From [Archangium] primigenium (GTDB taxonomy: Bacteria; Myxococcota; Myxococcia; Myxococcales; Myxococcaceae): a DNA stretch of 64,000 nt. Every line of letters starts with the position of its first letter. Position 1 is the first letter of the stretch. Below, piece after piece: positions 1 to 9,101 of the stretch. Where the stretch lies: NCBI RefSeq assembly GCF_016904885.1, contig NZ_JADWYI010000001.1, positions 7,433,224-7,497,223 of the forward strand, given 5' to 3'. The translations under genes and the position numbers were made by a program. The notes under the pieces are model-generated. The model searched no databases. It was given only the letters and a program-made list of their open reading frames with translations, and was not told the origin of the DNA.

Positions 1-444
1 GCCCCGCGTGAGCGCGCCGTTCGTGAAGCCCGGTGCCTCGCCCCACAGGCTGAAGCCCCCACTGTGTCCGGACAGCACGAGCCGCGAGGGAACCACCCCG
101 CCCTTCTCCGCCCGGGCCCACACCTGGGCCAGCTGCGCGAGCTCGTCCCGGGCATCCGGCCCCGCGCTGGCGAGCGCCGCCACCACCCGCTGGCCCTGCG
201 CCCAGGGCAGCGCCAGACCCGCCACGAAGGACTGGAGGCCCGCCTCCGAGCGCAAGTCGTGGAGCCCCTGCCCGCCTCCCGCCCGCGCGCCCCGCACCTG
301 ATCGTCCCCCCAGGCACTGTCCCGGATCGTCGTGACCCGGGCCCCGGGATGGGACTTCTGGATCGCCTCGGCCTCCGCCTGGACATGGGGATTCATGCCC
401 AACACCAGGACATCGTCATTCCGGCCCACCGCCCCACGGCTCAT
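1..444 (-). CDS. Partial CDS running off the left edge: alpha/beta-hydrolase-like protein (GHSGG nucleophile-elbow motif), N-terminal ~147 aa only
   Basis: Same frame as the DmpA-like gene, downstream of its stop. Frame is open from 480 to position 1 with strong GC3 bias. ATG at 442-444 (MSRGAVGRNDDVLVLGMNPHVQ...LVLSGHSGGFSLWGE). Absent from the ORF track because no stop codon lies inside the window. Confidence 0.35.
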   Translation of the reverse strand, partial: MSRGAVGRNDDVLVLGMNPHVQAEAEAIQKSHPGARVTTIRDSAWGDDQVRGARAGGGQGLHDLRSEAGLQSFVAGLALPWAQGQRVVAALASAGPDARDELAQLAQVWARAEKGGVVPSRLVLSGHSGGFSLWGEAPGFTNGALTRG

Positions 445-624
445 GTGCCACCACCCCCTGGCCGCGGCACGCTCCCGGCTTCATGCACGGACGGCGCGCG
501 GCCTCCCCCACCAGGGCAAGCCCCGGGCCACGCCCTCCGTGCCCGTTCTCCGAGGGCACACGGCCCGGGCCTTCCGCCCCACGCGTCCCGAGGCGCGCGC
601 CGCATCCCCCGCGCGGGATGGACG

Positions 625-1848
625 TCAGGGCCCCGCGTGCCGGCGCACCGACTCGACGAGCCGGTCCGCGGGCAGGGCGAAGACCCGCACGCTGTTGTTG
701 CCCGTCATCGTCTCCGCGGCGAGCAGCGCGTTGAGGATGGCCTCCTGGGTGGCCTGCACCGTGGCCTCGAAGAGGGGATCGAGCGCGCCGTTGTCGAGCG
801 ACTCGACGCGCGCCACCCGGAGCCCCTGGGGTGCCTGGGTGGGCTGGGTGGAGAAGGCCAGGAAGAGGTCGCCCGAGGAGTCGCCGCCGATGCTGCCCAT
901 CTTCCCGAGCGCCAGGGGCACCCGCCGCGCGAGCCGCGCGAGCTGGTGGGGCAAGAGCGGCGCGTCGGTGGCCACGAGCACGATGATGGAGCCTTGGTCT
1001 CGGTTCAGCCGCTCGGGCACGGTCTTGGGGCTCTCGACGCACGGGCGCATGTCGGGGACGGAGGCCGGGGCCGCCGGGCCCGCGTAACAGGGCTGGAGGT
1101 CGGAGATCTCCCGGCCCACGGGCGCACCCTCCACGGTGAGCAGCCGGCGGACGCCGTAGTTGGCCTGCACCAGCACCCCGAGCGTGTAGCCCCCGTGCGC
1201 CTCCTCGAGCCGACGCGAGGCGGTGCCGATGCCGCACTTGAAGCCATGGCAGGTCATGCCCGTGCCGCCCCCGACATTGCCCTCGGCCACGGGCCCCCCG
1301 TGCGCGCCGTCGATGGCCCTCAGGGCATGCGTCGTCTGGATGGGGAAGGCGTTCACGTCGTTGAGCAGACCGTCATAGGTCTCCGCCGTCACCGGCAGGC
1401 CCAGCTCCCAGGCCAGGCCCCGCTGCGCGCCCCAGCGCACCACGGCATCGCGCACCACGCCCACGCTCTGGGTGGTGGTCAGCATGATGGGGCCCGTGAG
1501 CAGTCCGGACTCGTTCACCCAGTGCGTGCCCGTCATCTCCCCGTTGCCGTTGAGGTTGTAGGTGGCGGCGAAGAGGGGCTCGGCGATGCGCGCGCGGCCC
1601 CGGGGCAGCACGGCGGAGACGCCCGTGCGCACCGCGTGGGCGCCCACCCCGGCATGCAGCGTGGTGTGCCCCACCTCCACGCCGGGCACGTCGGTGATGG
1701 CGTTGAGGGGACCCGCCTGCCCTCCGAAGGTGATGCCCAGGTCACGCGCCCGGGGCCTGGCGGTCGGGGACTTCGGCGCCGGGGGGCTCGGATCGGCGGG
1801 CGCGAGGCCCAGCAGCAGCGCGGGGAGACAGGGCAGGAGGGGGTTCAT
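625..1848 (-). CDS. DmpA/ArgJ-like (peptidase S58, L-aminopeptidase D-Ala-esterase/amidase family) secreted protein
   Basis: 407-aa ORF with N-terminal signal peptide (MNPLLPCLPALLLGLAPA). DmpA-like motifs (GNVGGGTGMTCHGFKCGIGTASR). Confidence 0.75.
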   Translation of the reverse strand: MNPLLPCLPALLLGLAPADPSPPAPKSPTARPRARDLGITFGGQAGPLNAITDVPGVEVGHTTLHAGVGAHAVRTGVSAVLPRGRARIAEPLFAATYNLNGNGEMTGTHWVNESGLLTGPIMLTTTQSVGVVRDAVVRWGAQRGLAWELGLPVTAETYDGLLNDVNAFPIQTTHALRAIDGAHGGPVAEGNVGGGTGMTCHGFKCGIGTASRRLEEAHGGYTLGVLVQANYGVRRLLTVEGAPVGREISDLQPCYAGPAAPASVPDMRPCVESPKTVPERLNRDQGSIIVLVATDAPLLPHQLARLARRVPLALGKMGSIGGDSSGDLFLAFSTQPTQAPQGLRVARVESLDNGALDPLFEATVQATQEAILNALLAAETMTGNNSVRVFALPADRLVESVRRHAGP

Positions 1849-1929
1849 GCCCGGAGCCTACGAAAACGGCGGCCCCTCCTGACACACGGGAAGGGCCGCC
1901 GGGGAACGTCGGAGCAGAAGCGGGAAGGA

Positions 1930-3102
1930 CTACTCGGCGCGCTCGATGAGCGCCGCGGCGCCCATGCCACCGCCGATGCACATGGACACCACGCCGTAGC
2001 GGCCCTTGCGCCGACCCAGCTCGCTCAGGATGGTGGCCACCATGCGCGCGCCGGACACCCCCAGCGGGTGGCCCAGGGCGATGGCGCCGCCGTTGGGGTT
2101 GGCCTTCTCCAGCGGCACGCCCAGCTCGCGGATGCAGTGCAGCACCTGGGCGGCGAACGCCTCGTTGAGCTCGAAGACGTCGATGTCCTCGACCTTGAGG
2201 TTGTTCTTCGCCAGCAGCTTCTTCACCGCGGGCACGGGCCCGATGCCCATGATCTCCGGGGGCACGCCGGCCACCTGGAAGTCCACGAAGTAGCCCAGGG
2301 GCTTGATGCCCAGCTCCTTGGCCTTCTCCTCGCTCATCACCACCGCGGCGGCGGCGCCGTCGGTCAGCGGCGAGGCGTTACCGGCCGTCACCACGCCCTT
2401 CTGGTTGAAGGCGGGGCGCAGCTTGGCCAGACCCTCGAGCGTGGTCTCCGGGCGGAGGATGGTGTCCACGCTGACCGTCACCTGCCTGGCGTTGCCCTCG
2501 TCGTCGAAGACGGTGGTGGTGACGGGGAAGATCTCCTCGTTGAACTTGCCCTGCTCGCGCGCGGTGGCGGCGCGGCGCTGGCTCTCGTAGGCGAACTTGT
2601 CCGCGTCCTCGCGCGACACGCTGTAGCGCGAGGCGATGTTCTCCGCGGTCACGCCCATGGAGGAGTACACCTCGGGGTGCTTCTCCATGATCTCCGGGTT
2701 GGCGCTCACCTTGTTGCCGCCCATGGGCACCATGCTCATGGACTCGGTGCCACCGGCGATGGCCACGTCGATCATCCCCGACTTGATGGCCTGGGCCGCC
2801 TGGGCGATGGACTGCACGCCCGAGGAGCAGAAGCGGTTGATGGTCATGCCCGGCACGGTGTCCGGCAGACCCGCGAGCAGCGCGGCGTTGCGCGCCACGT
2901 TCATGCCCTGCTCCGCCTCGGGCATGGCGCAGCCGAGGATGACGTCCTCGACCAGCTCGGGCTTGAGGCCGGGCACGCGCGCCACGGCCTCCTTGATGGC
3001 GAGGGCCGCGAGCGTATCGGGCCGCGTATCCTTGAACTCTCCCTTGTTCGCGCGGGTGAACGGGGTGCGCACCGCGCTGGCAATCACGACTCGACCGGGC
3101 AT
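1930..3102 (-). CDS. fadA: Acetyl-CoA C-acyltransferase (3-ketoacyl-CoA thiolase)
   Basis: 390 aa. Thiolase signatures NRFCSSG (active-site Cys), GNASPLTDGAAA, NPNGGAIALGHPLGVSGARM, C-terminal CIGGGMGAA. Confidence 0.9.
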   Translation of the reverse strand: MPGRVVIASAVRTPFTRANKGEFKDTRPDTLAALAIKEAVARVPGLKPELVEDVILGCAMPEAEQGMNVARNAALLAGLPDTVPGMTINRFCSSGVQSIAQAAQAIKSGMIDVAIAGGTESMSMVPMGGNKVSANPEIMEKHPEVYSSMGVTAENIASRYSVSREDADKFAYESQRRAATAREQGKFNEEIFPVTTTVFDDEGNARQVTVSVDTILRPETTLEGLAKLRPAFNQKGVVTAGNASPLTDGAAAAVVMSEEKAKELGIKPLGYFVDFQVAGVPPEIMGIGPVPAVKKLLAKNNLKVEDIDVFELNEAFAAQVLHCIRELGVPLEKANPNGGAIALGHPLGVSGARMVATILSELGRRKGRYGVVSMCIGGGMGAAALIERAE

Positions 3103-3189
3103 CTGTCTAACTCCTGCCCGGGGCCACGCCCCGGGCGAAAGGACTCTGGAATCACTGGATGACGTGGGACTTCCCGTAACGCCGCCGCC

Positions 3190-5580
3190 TCAGTTGCGCA
3201 GCGGCTTGCCCTTCTCGAGCATGAACTGCAGCCGGTCCTGGGTCTTCTCCTCGCCGCACAGGCTCAGGAAGGCCTCCAGCTCCAGTTCCAGGAGCTTCTC
3301 CTCGGTGAGCAGCACGGAGGGGCTGGTGTCCCCGCCGGTGAGCACCCGGGCGAGCTTGCGGGCGATCTTCCGGTCGTGCGCCGACACCTGACCGTTGAGC
3401 TCCATGTCGTAGAGCATCATGTCGATGGTGGCGAAGCCGCTCGCGCCCGGCAGGCGGAAGCGCGAGGGGCGCGGCGCGCGGAAGCCCGCGTTGGCCATGC
3501 CCAGCACGCGCTGCTTGGCGTCGGACAGCAGGAAGTCGCGGTTGGCGCTGATGCCGTCCGCGGCGGTGAGGAAGCCCATGTCGCGGGCCTCCTCGGCGCT
3601 GGTGGCCACCTTGGCGGTGCCGATGTTGAGGAACGCCTTCTTGATGAAGGGGAAGGGATCGAAGTCCTTGTCCGCCGAGTAGTTCCCCATGATGTTGCGC
3701 AGGAGCATCATGGTGCCGCCGCCGCCGGGGATGAGGCCCACGCCCACCTCGACCAGGCCCATGTACGTCTCGGCCGAGGCCTGCATGGCGTTGCCGCCCA
3801 GGGACACCTCGGCGCCGCCGCCGAGCGCCAGGTTGAAGGGCGCGGTCACCACGGGCACCGGGCTGTAGCGCATGCGCTGGTTGGCCGCCTGGAGCGCGCC
3901 CGCCATCTTGCGCAGGGTGTCGAACTCGCCGCTGCGGGCCGCCCACAGCATGGAGAAGATGTTGGCGCCGGCCGAGAAGTTCGCCCCGTCGTTGCCCACC
4001 ACCAGGCCCCGGAAGTTCTTCTCCGTCTCGTCGAGCGCGCGGTTCATCATCTCGATGATGCCGTCGTCGATGGAGTTCATCTTCGTGTGGAACTCGAGCA
4101 GCGTGACGCCGTCGTTCATGTCCCAGAGCGTGGCGCTGTCATTGCCGGCGATCTTCTTGTTGCCCCGGCGCAGGTACTCCACGCGCGACGTGCGGGCGTT
4201 CTCCGGCACGCGCTTGACGGACCTGGTGGGGATGTCCCAGTACGTGTCCTTGCCGTCCTCCACGCCGTAGAAGGACGTGCGGCCCGCGGCCAGCATCTCC
4301 TCCACCCAGGCGGCGGGCTTGAGGCCCAGCTCCTTCATGCGCTCCACGCCCTGCTTCACGCCGTAGGCGTCCCAGGTCTCGAACGGGCCCAGGTCCCAGC
4401 CGAAGCCCCAGCGCATGGCGCGGTCCACGTTGACCACGTCGTCGGCGATCTCCGGAATCCGGCGGCTCGCGTAGGCGAGCGAGTCGAGCGTGGTGCGCTC
4501 GGCGAACTTGGCCGCCTTGTCCTGGCCGCGCATCACCACGGCCACGCGCTCGCGCACGTTCTCCACGTCCTTGGCGGCGCCCAGCGACTCGAAGCGCACC
4601 TTGTTCTGCGCCCGGTACTCCAGGGTGTTCAGGTCCAGCGCGAGGATGTCCTTGCCGCCCGCCGCGCGGTCCTTCTTGTAGAAGCCCCCGCCGCTCTTGT
4701 CGCCGAGCATGCCCTTCTCGACCATCTTCTTGAGGAAGTCGGGCGCGGCGAACACGCCCCGCTCCTCGTCATGGCCGAGCGTGTCGAAGCAGTTCTTGGC
4801 CACGTGGCTGAAGGTGTCCAGGCCCACGATGTCCGCGGTGCGGAACACGGCGGACTTGGGGCGGCCCATGGCGGGGCCGAAGATCTTGTCCACCTCCTCG
4901 ATGGACAGCTCCGCCTTCTGCATGTCCTGCAGGATGCGCATCATCCCGTAGGTGCCGATGCGGTTGGCGATGAAGTTGGTGGTGTCCTTGCCGTGGACGA
5001 TGCCCTTGCCGAGCACCTCCTCGCCAAAGCGGGCGATCGTCTGGACGACCTCGGGGGACGTCTCCGGGCCCGACACCAGCTCGAGCAGGCGCATGTAGCG
5101 CACGGGGTTGAAGAAGTGCGTCACCAGGAAGCGCTGGCGGAAGGACGCGCCGCGGCCCTCCAGCATGCCCTGGATGGACAGGCCCGAGGTGTTGGAGCTG
5201 ACGATGGCGTCCGCGCGCAGGTGCGGCTCCACCTTGGCGAACAAGGCCTGCTTGACGGCCAGGTCCTCCTTCACCACCTCCACCACCCAGTCACACTCGC
5301 CAATGCGGGCGATGTCGTCCTCGAGGTTGCCAATCTCGATGGCCCCCAGGGACGCCTCGGAGGTGATGGGGCTGGGCTTCTGCTTGCGCAGGTTGGCCAG
5401 GGCGCCCAGCGTGAACTTGTTGCGAAACGCCTTGCTGGCGGTGTCCTCGCCGGGCGCCGCCTTGGGCGGCACGATGTCCAGGAGGAGCGCACGAACGCCC
5501 GAGTTGGCCAGGTGGGCGGCGATGCCACTGCCCATCACGCCCGCGCCCAACACTGCCACTTTGCGGATCCGCGTCGTCAT
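3190..5580 (-). CDS. fadN: Bifunctional 3-hydroxyacyl-CoA dehydrogenase (N-terminal NAD-binding domain) / enoyl-CoA hydratase (C-terminal) fusion, FadN-type domain order
   Basis: Real start ATG at 5578-5580 (MTTRIRKVAVLGAGVMGSGIAAH Rossmann motif) with GGGAG ribosome-binding site 7 nt upstream. C-terminal crotonase-fold motifs (GGGAEVSLGGN). The 1422-aa ORF in the track is an artefactual upstream extension. Confidence 0.9.
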   Translation of the reverse strand: MTTRIRKVAVLGAGVMGSGIAAHLANSGVRALLLDIVPPKAAPGEDTASKAFRNKFTLGALANLRKQKPSPITSEASLGAIEIGNLEDDIARIGECDWVVEVVKEDLAVKQALFAKVEPHLRADAIVSSNTSGLSIQGMLEGRGASFRQRFLVTHFFNPVRYMRLLELVSGPETSPEVVQTIARFGEEVLGKGIVHGKDTTNFIANRIGTYGMMRILQDMQKAELSIEEVDKIFGPAMGRPKSAVFRTADIVGLDTFSHVAKNCFDTLGHDEERGVFAAPDFLKKMVEKGMLGDKSGGGFYKKDRAAGGKDILALDLNTLEYRAQNKVRFESLGAAKDVENVRERVAVVMRGQDKAAKFAERTTLDSLAYASRRIPEIADDVVNVDRAMRWGFGWDLGPFETWDAYGVKQGVERMKELGLKPAAWVEEMLAAGRTSFYGVEDGKDTYWDIPTRSVKRVPENARTSRVEYLRRGNKKIAGNDSATLWDMNDGVTLLEFHTKMNSIDDGIIEMMNRALDETEKNFRGLVVGNDGANFSAGANIFSMLWAARSGEFDTLRKMAGALQAANQRMRYSPVPVVTAPFNLALGGGAEVSLGGNAMQASAETYMGLVEVGVGLIPGGGGTMMLLRNIMGNYSADKDFDPFPFIKKAFLNIGTAKVATSAEEARDMGFLTAADGISANRDFLLSDAKQRVLGMANAGFRAPRPSRFRLPGASGFATIDMMLYDMELNGQVSAHDRKIARKLARVLTGGDTSPSVLLTEEKLLELELEAFLSLCGEEKTQDRLQFMLEKGKPLRN

Positions 5581-5694
5581 CGAATGAGGCTCCCGATTGA
5601 AAAGGGTGGCGGAAGACATCGCGCCGGTTGATTCAAATGTCAATCCGCGAGTGCGGCCCCTGCGTGGCCCCGGTGGAGGGTAAGGTAGGCACCC

Positions 5695-7449
5695 ATGGCC
5701 CGACGCGATCCGCACTCGTACAGCGATGACACCCAACCCGAGACCGAGCGCCTGAGTTGGAAGGCGCGCGTGGACTTCACCGAGCGTCGGTTGCACGCCG
5801 AGGTCACGCTCACCCTCAAGCAGGCCTCGGCCGGGCCGTTGGACCTGGACACGCGCGACCTGGAGGTGGACGCGGTGGTGGACGCGGACGGGCAGCCGCT
5901 GCACTTCCTCCTCTCGCCGCCCGAGCCCATCCTCGGCAGCCGCCTGCGGGTGGAGCTGCGCCCGGGAGTGAAACAGCTCACGGTCCGCTACCGGACATCC
6001 CCCCAGGCCAGCGCCCTGCAGTGGCTCACCCCGGCGCAGACGGCGGGAGGAAAGGCGCCCTACCTCTTCAGTCAGTGTCAGGCCATCCACGCGCGCGCCG
6101 TGGTGCCGCTGCAGGACACGCCCGGCCTGCGCATCCGCTACGACGCGGCGCTCACCGTGCCCCGGGCGCTCCGGGGCGTCATGGCCGCGGGCTTCCTCGG
6201 CCGCGAGGAGCACGGGGACGTGGCGGTGGAGCGCTACGCGATGCCCCAGCCCATTCCGCCCTACCTGCTGGCCTTCGCCGTGGGGAACCTCGAGGCCAGG
6301 GATCTCGGGCCGCGCTCGCGCGTGTGGGCGGAGCCGGAGGTGCTGGAGGCGGCCGCCCGGGAGTTCTCCGACGTGGACGCCATGCTGCGCGCGGCCGAGT
6401 CGCTCTTCGGGCCGTATGACTGGGAGCGCTTCGACCTGCTCACCATGCCGCCCTCCTTTCCCTACGGCGGCATGGAGAACCCGCGGCTCACCTTCCTCAC
6501 GCCCACGCTGCTCGCCGGGGACAAGAGCCTGGTGAGCGTGGTGGCGCACGAGCTGGCGCACTCGTGGACGGGCAACCTCGTCACCAACGCCACGGCCGAG
6601 CACTTCTGGCTCAACGAGGGCTTCACCGTGTTCGCCGAGCGGCGCATCGTCGAGGCGCTGTACGGCCCGGACGTGGCCGCGCTGCACGCCACCCTGGGCC
6701 GGCGCGCGCTCGAGGCCGCGGTACAGCACTTCAAGGCGCACCCCCAGCTCACCGCCCTGCGCACCCACCTGACGGGCGTGGACCCGGACGAGGCCTTCTC
6801 CCAGGTGCCCTACGAGAAGGGCTACCTCTTCCTGCGCGCGCTGGAGGACGCCGTGGGCCGGGGCGCCTTCGACACCTTCCTGCGCGCCTACCTGGACGCC
6901 CACCGCTTCCAGGCGCTCACCACCGAGCAGTTCACCGACTTCGTGGAGCGGCACCTGCCCGGCGCGCTCGCGAAGGTGGACGCCGACGCCTACCTGCACC
7001 GCCCGGGCATCCCCGCGAGCGCGCCCGGCGCCCACTCCGAGCGGCTCGAGCGCATGACGCGGCTCAAGGGCCAGGTGCCCTCGGCCGAGGACGTGAAGGA
7101 CTGGACGCCCGCGGAGTGGCAGCTCTTCATCGAGTGGATGCCGCACGACAGCTCGCGCCACACCCTGCGCCAGCTCGACGAGCGCTTCCACCTCACCCAG
7201 AGCCGCAACACCGAGGTGCTCGCCTCGTGGCTGTGCCTGGCCTTGCGCGCCGGGTGGGCGCCCGCGCTCGAGCGCGCCGAGTCCTTCCTCGGCGAGGTGG
7301 GCCGCATGAAGTACCTCAAGCCCCTGTACGGCGCGCTCGCCGCCTCGCCCGAGGGCAAGGCGCGCGCCCAGCGCCTCTTCCAGCGCTACGCCGAGCGCTA
7401 CCACCCCATCGCCCAGTCGGCCGTGGAGGGCATCCTCCAGCGGGCCTGA
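5695..7449 (+). CDS. M1-family zinc aminopeptidase (leukotriene A4 hydrolase-like)
   Basis: 584 aa. Gluzincin motif VVAHELAHSWTGN plus downstream WLNEGFTVF (second Glu ligand). LTA4H-like C-terminal helical domain. Confidence 0.85.
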   Translation: MARRDPHSYSDDTQPETERLSWKARVDFTERRLHAEVTLTLKQASAGPLDLDTRDLEVDAVVDADGQPLHFLLSPPEPILGSRLRVELRPGVKQLTVRYRTSPQASALQWLTPAQTAGGKAPYLFSQCQAIHARAVVPLQDTPGLRIRYDAALTVPRALRGVMAAGFLGREEHGDVAVERYAMPQPIPPYLLAFAVGNLEARDLGPRSRVWAEPEVLEAAAREFSDVDAMLRAAESLFGPYDWERFDLLTMPPSFPYGGMENPRLTFLTPTLLAGDKSLVSVVAHELAHSWTGNLVTNATAEHFWLNEGFTVFAERRIVEALYGPDVAALHATLGRRALEAAVQHFKAHPQLTALRTHLTGVDPDEAFSQVPYEKGYLFLRALEDAVGRGAFDTFLRAYLDAHRFQALTTEQFTDFVERHLPGALAKVDADAYLHRPGIPASAPGAHSERLERMTRLKGQVPSAEDVKDWTPAEWQLFIEWMPHDSSRHTLRQLDERFHLTQSRNTEVLASWLCLALRAGWAPALERAESFLGEVGRMKYLKPLYGALAASPEGKARAQRLFQRYAERYHPIAQSAVEGILQRA

Positions 7450-7513
7450 GAAAGACAACGGGCGGGCCCCCGTGTGAGGGCCCGCCCGGAGACTTCACCC
7501 GCTCAGCGGCGGC

Positions 7514-8875
7514 TCAGCGCCACTGGAAGGCGCGCACGTAGTCGACTTCCATGACCTGCGGCGTGCGGGCGATGAGGTCCGCGGTGGACTGCGGCACGCC
7601 CGGGTACGGGTAGGTCGCGCCGTTGACGCCCTGCGGGTAGCCGCCACCGACCGCCAGGTTGAGGATGATGTAGAAGGGGTGGTCGTACACGTAGGCGCCG
7701 TAGCGGGTCACCTCGGACTTGAGCACCGTCTTCACGAGCTGGCCGTCGATGAACCACTTGATGTCCGCGCTGGAGTACTCGGTGCGGTAGGTGTGCCAGT
7801 TGCTGATGGGGTTGTTGACGAACTGGGCCTTGAACTGGGCGTTGATGGGCGTGTTGCCCGAGTAGCCCGGGCCGTGCAGCGCGCCCGAGGTCCAGTCGCC
7901 GTAGCCCACGTTCTCCATGATGTCGAGCTCGCCGCACGCCGGCCAGCCCTTGGAGCCGATGTCATTGCCGAGCATCCAGAAGGCCGGCCAGAGGCCCGGG
8001 CCCACGGGCAGCTTGATGCGCGCCTCGACGGCGCCGTGGCTGAACTCGCGCTTGCCCGCGCTCTCCAGACGGCCCGAGGTGTAGGGGTAGCCGTTGGTGG
8101 GCTTGTAGCGCGCGATGAGCTTGAGCGTGCCGTTGCTCACCTGGACGTTCTCGGACGAGTTCGTGTACTGCTGCTGCTCGTTGTTCACGTGCACGGTGGT
8201 GTTGGGCGCCCAGTTGGACGTGTTGACGCTGGTGCCGTCGAACTCGTCGCTCCACACCTGCACCCAGCCGCTGCCCGAGGGAGGAGGCGTGGTGCCGCCG
8301 CCCTCCGCGCCCCAGGTGAAGGACTCCCACTGGCCCGCGGTCGCGCGGTCGGCGAACAGCGGCGCCTGGGCGCCCCGGTTGGTGTCCGTCACCACGAACT
8401 TGCCGGTGCTCTTGGCCTTCAGGCCGATGGAGCCGTTGCCGAAGTCCACCCAGAGGAACTGCTCCCACTCGCCCACCGCGGTGCGGAAGCCCGTCAGCTC
8501 ACCCGCGTTGTTCGGGTCCGCCGACACGTAGGCGCCCGTCTCCTGCACGCGCAGGGTGATGTAGTCCCCACCGGCGCTGCCCACCACGAACTTCTCCCAG
8601 CCCTGGGGCGCGTCGCGGTTGGCCACCAGCGGCGCGTTGCCGTTGATGTTGCGGTCCGCGGACACGATCTTCCCGTTCGTCCCGGCGCGCAGCCAGATGG
8701 TCTTGCCGATCGGCGCCACCGTGGCCCGCTGCTGGATCTCGACCGCCTCCGCGGCCGTCGCGGGAGCGGAGGGCTCGGCCGGCTGCCCACAGGCCGACGC
8801 CACCAGCATCACGCCTCCGAGCCCCAGCTTCGCCAGCCAGCGCATTCCCGCAGTCTTCCCAAGCTTCGCGTTCAT
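7514..8875 (-). CDS. Secreted GH16 beta-glucanase (laminarinase-like) with two N-terminal fascin-like/beta-trefoil lectin repeats
   Basis: Start MNAKLGKTAGMRWLAKLGLGGVMLVASACG (signal peptide, possible lipobox). Repeats GKIVSADRN..WEKFVV and GKFVVTDTN..WESFTW. GH16 core FWMLGNDIGSKGWPACGELDIMEN (ExDxxE catalytic motif). Confidence 0.8.
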   Translation of the reverse strand: MNAKLGKTAGMRWLAKLGLGGVMLVASACGQPAEPSAPATAAEAVEIQQRATVAPIGKTIWLRAGTNGKIVSADRNINGNAPLVANRDAPQGWEKFVVGSAGGDYITLRVQETGAYVSADPNNAGELTGFRTAVGEWEQFLWVDFGNGSIGLKAKSTGKFVVTDTNRGAQAPLFADRATAGQWESFTWGAEGGGTTPPPSGSGWVQVWSDEFDGTSVNTSNWAPNTTVHVNNEQQQYTNSSENVQVSNGTLKLIARYKPTNGYPYTSGRLESAGKREFSHGAVEARIKLPVGPGLWPAFWMLGNDIGSKGWPACGELDIMENVGYGDWTSGALHGPGYSGNTPINAQFKAQFVNNPISNWHTYRTEYSSADIKWFIDGQLVKTVLKSEVTRYGAYVYDHPFYIILNLAVGGGYPQGVNGATYPYPGVPQSTADLIARTPQVMEVDYVRAFQWR

Positions 8876-8934
8876 GTGTGTTCCTCGTGGTGTCGTCCCA
8901 GGGCTCGGAGCCATCCCGGCCAGGCGCGCGCAAG

Positions 8935-9000
8935 GTGACTTATCGGAAATTCTAGGAAAACGAAATAAAACGGTCCTGTTGGGTTTTCGACAGAATCGTG
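8935..9000. promoter_or_regulatory. AT-rich island in the divergent intergenic region between the GH16 gene and the sensor kinase (probable promoter region)
   Basis: cttatcggaaattctaggaaaacgaaataaaacggtcctgttgggttttcgacagaatcg, a local drop to well under 50% GC in a ~70% GC background. Confidence 0.3.
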
Positions 9001-9101
9001 GGGGCGCGCGGAGGAGGCTCCCGCTCGGCAGCCCGTCCGGCCGGGGATCGCCCGGCGAGACCCCGTGGACGAGGGGTCGGACGTCGCGCGGTTGAGAGGG
9101 T

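Noticed and set aside
416-1237. 273-aa minus-strand ORF overlapping the DmpA-like gene
   Set aside because: It is out of frame with, and fully inside, the better-supported DmpA-like CDS and the downstream alpha/beta-hydrolase frame. Arg/Pro-rich junk translation.
64-3162. 1032-aa plus-strand ORF spanning the first 3 kb
   Set aside because: It is antisense to three well-supported minus-strand genes (DmpA-like, thiolase, alpha/beta-hydrolase fragment). Its composition is low-complexity Arg/Gly/Ala-rich, typical of open non-coding frames in ~70% GC DNA.
5628-5645. TTGATTCAAATGTCAATC in the fadN/M1-peptidase divergent region as a FadR-type operator or -35/-10 promoter
   Set aside because: It contains a TTGACA on the minus strand, but no acceptable -10 at 16-18 nt and only a weak palindrome. 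Insufficient evidence beyond being an AT-rich patch.
3190-7458. 1422-aa minus-strand ORF
   Set aside because: It is a chimeric frame. Only 3190-5580 is the real FadN-like gene, with a recognisable N-terminus and ribosome-binding site. The upstream part is antisense to the M1 aminopeptidase.
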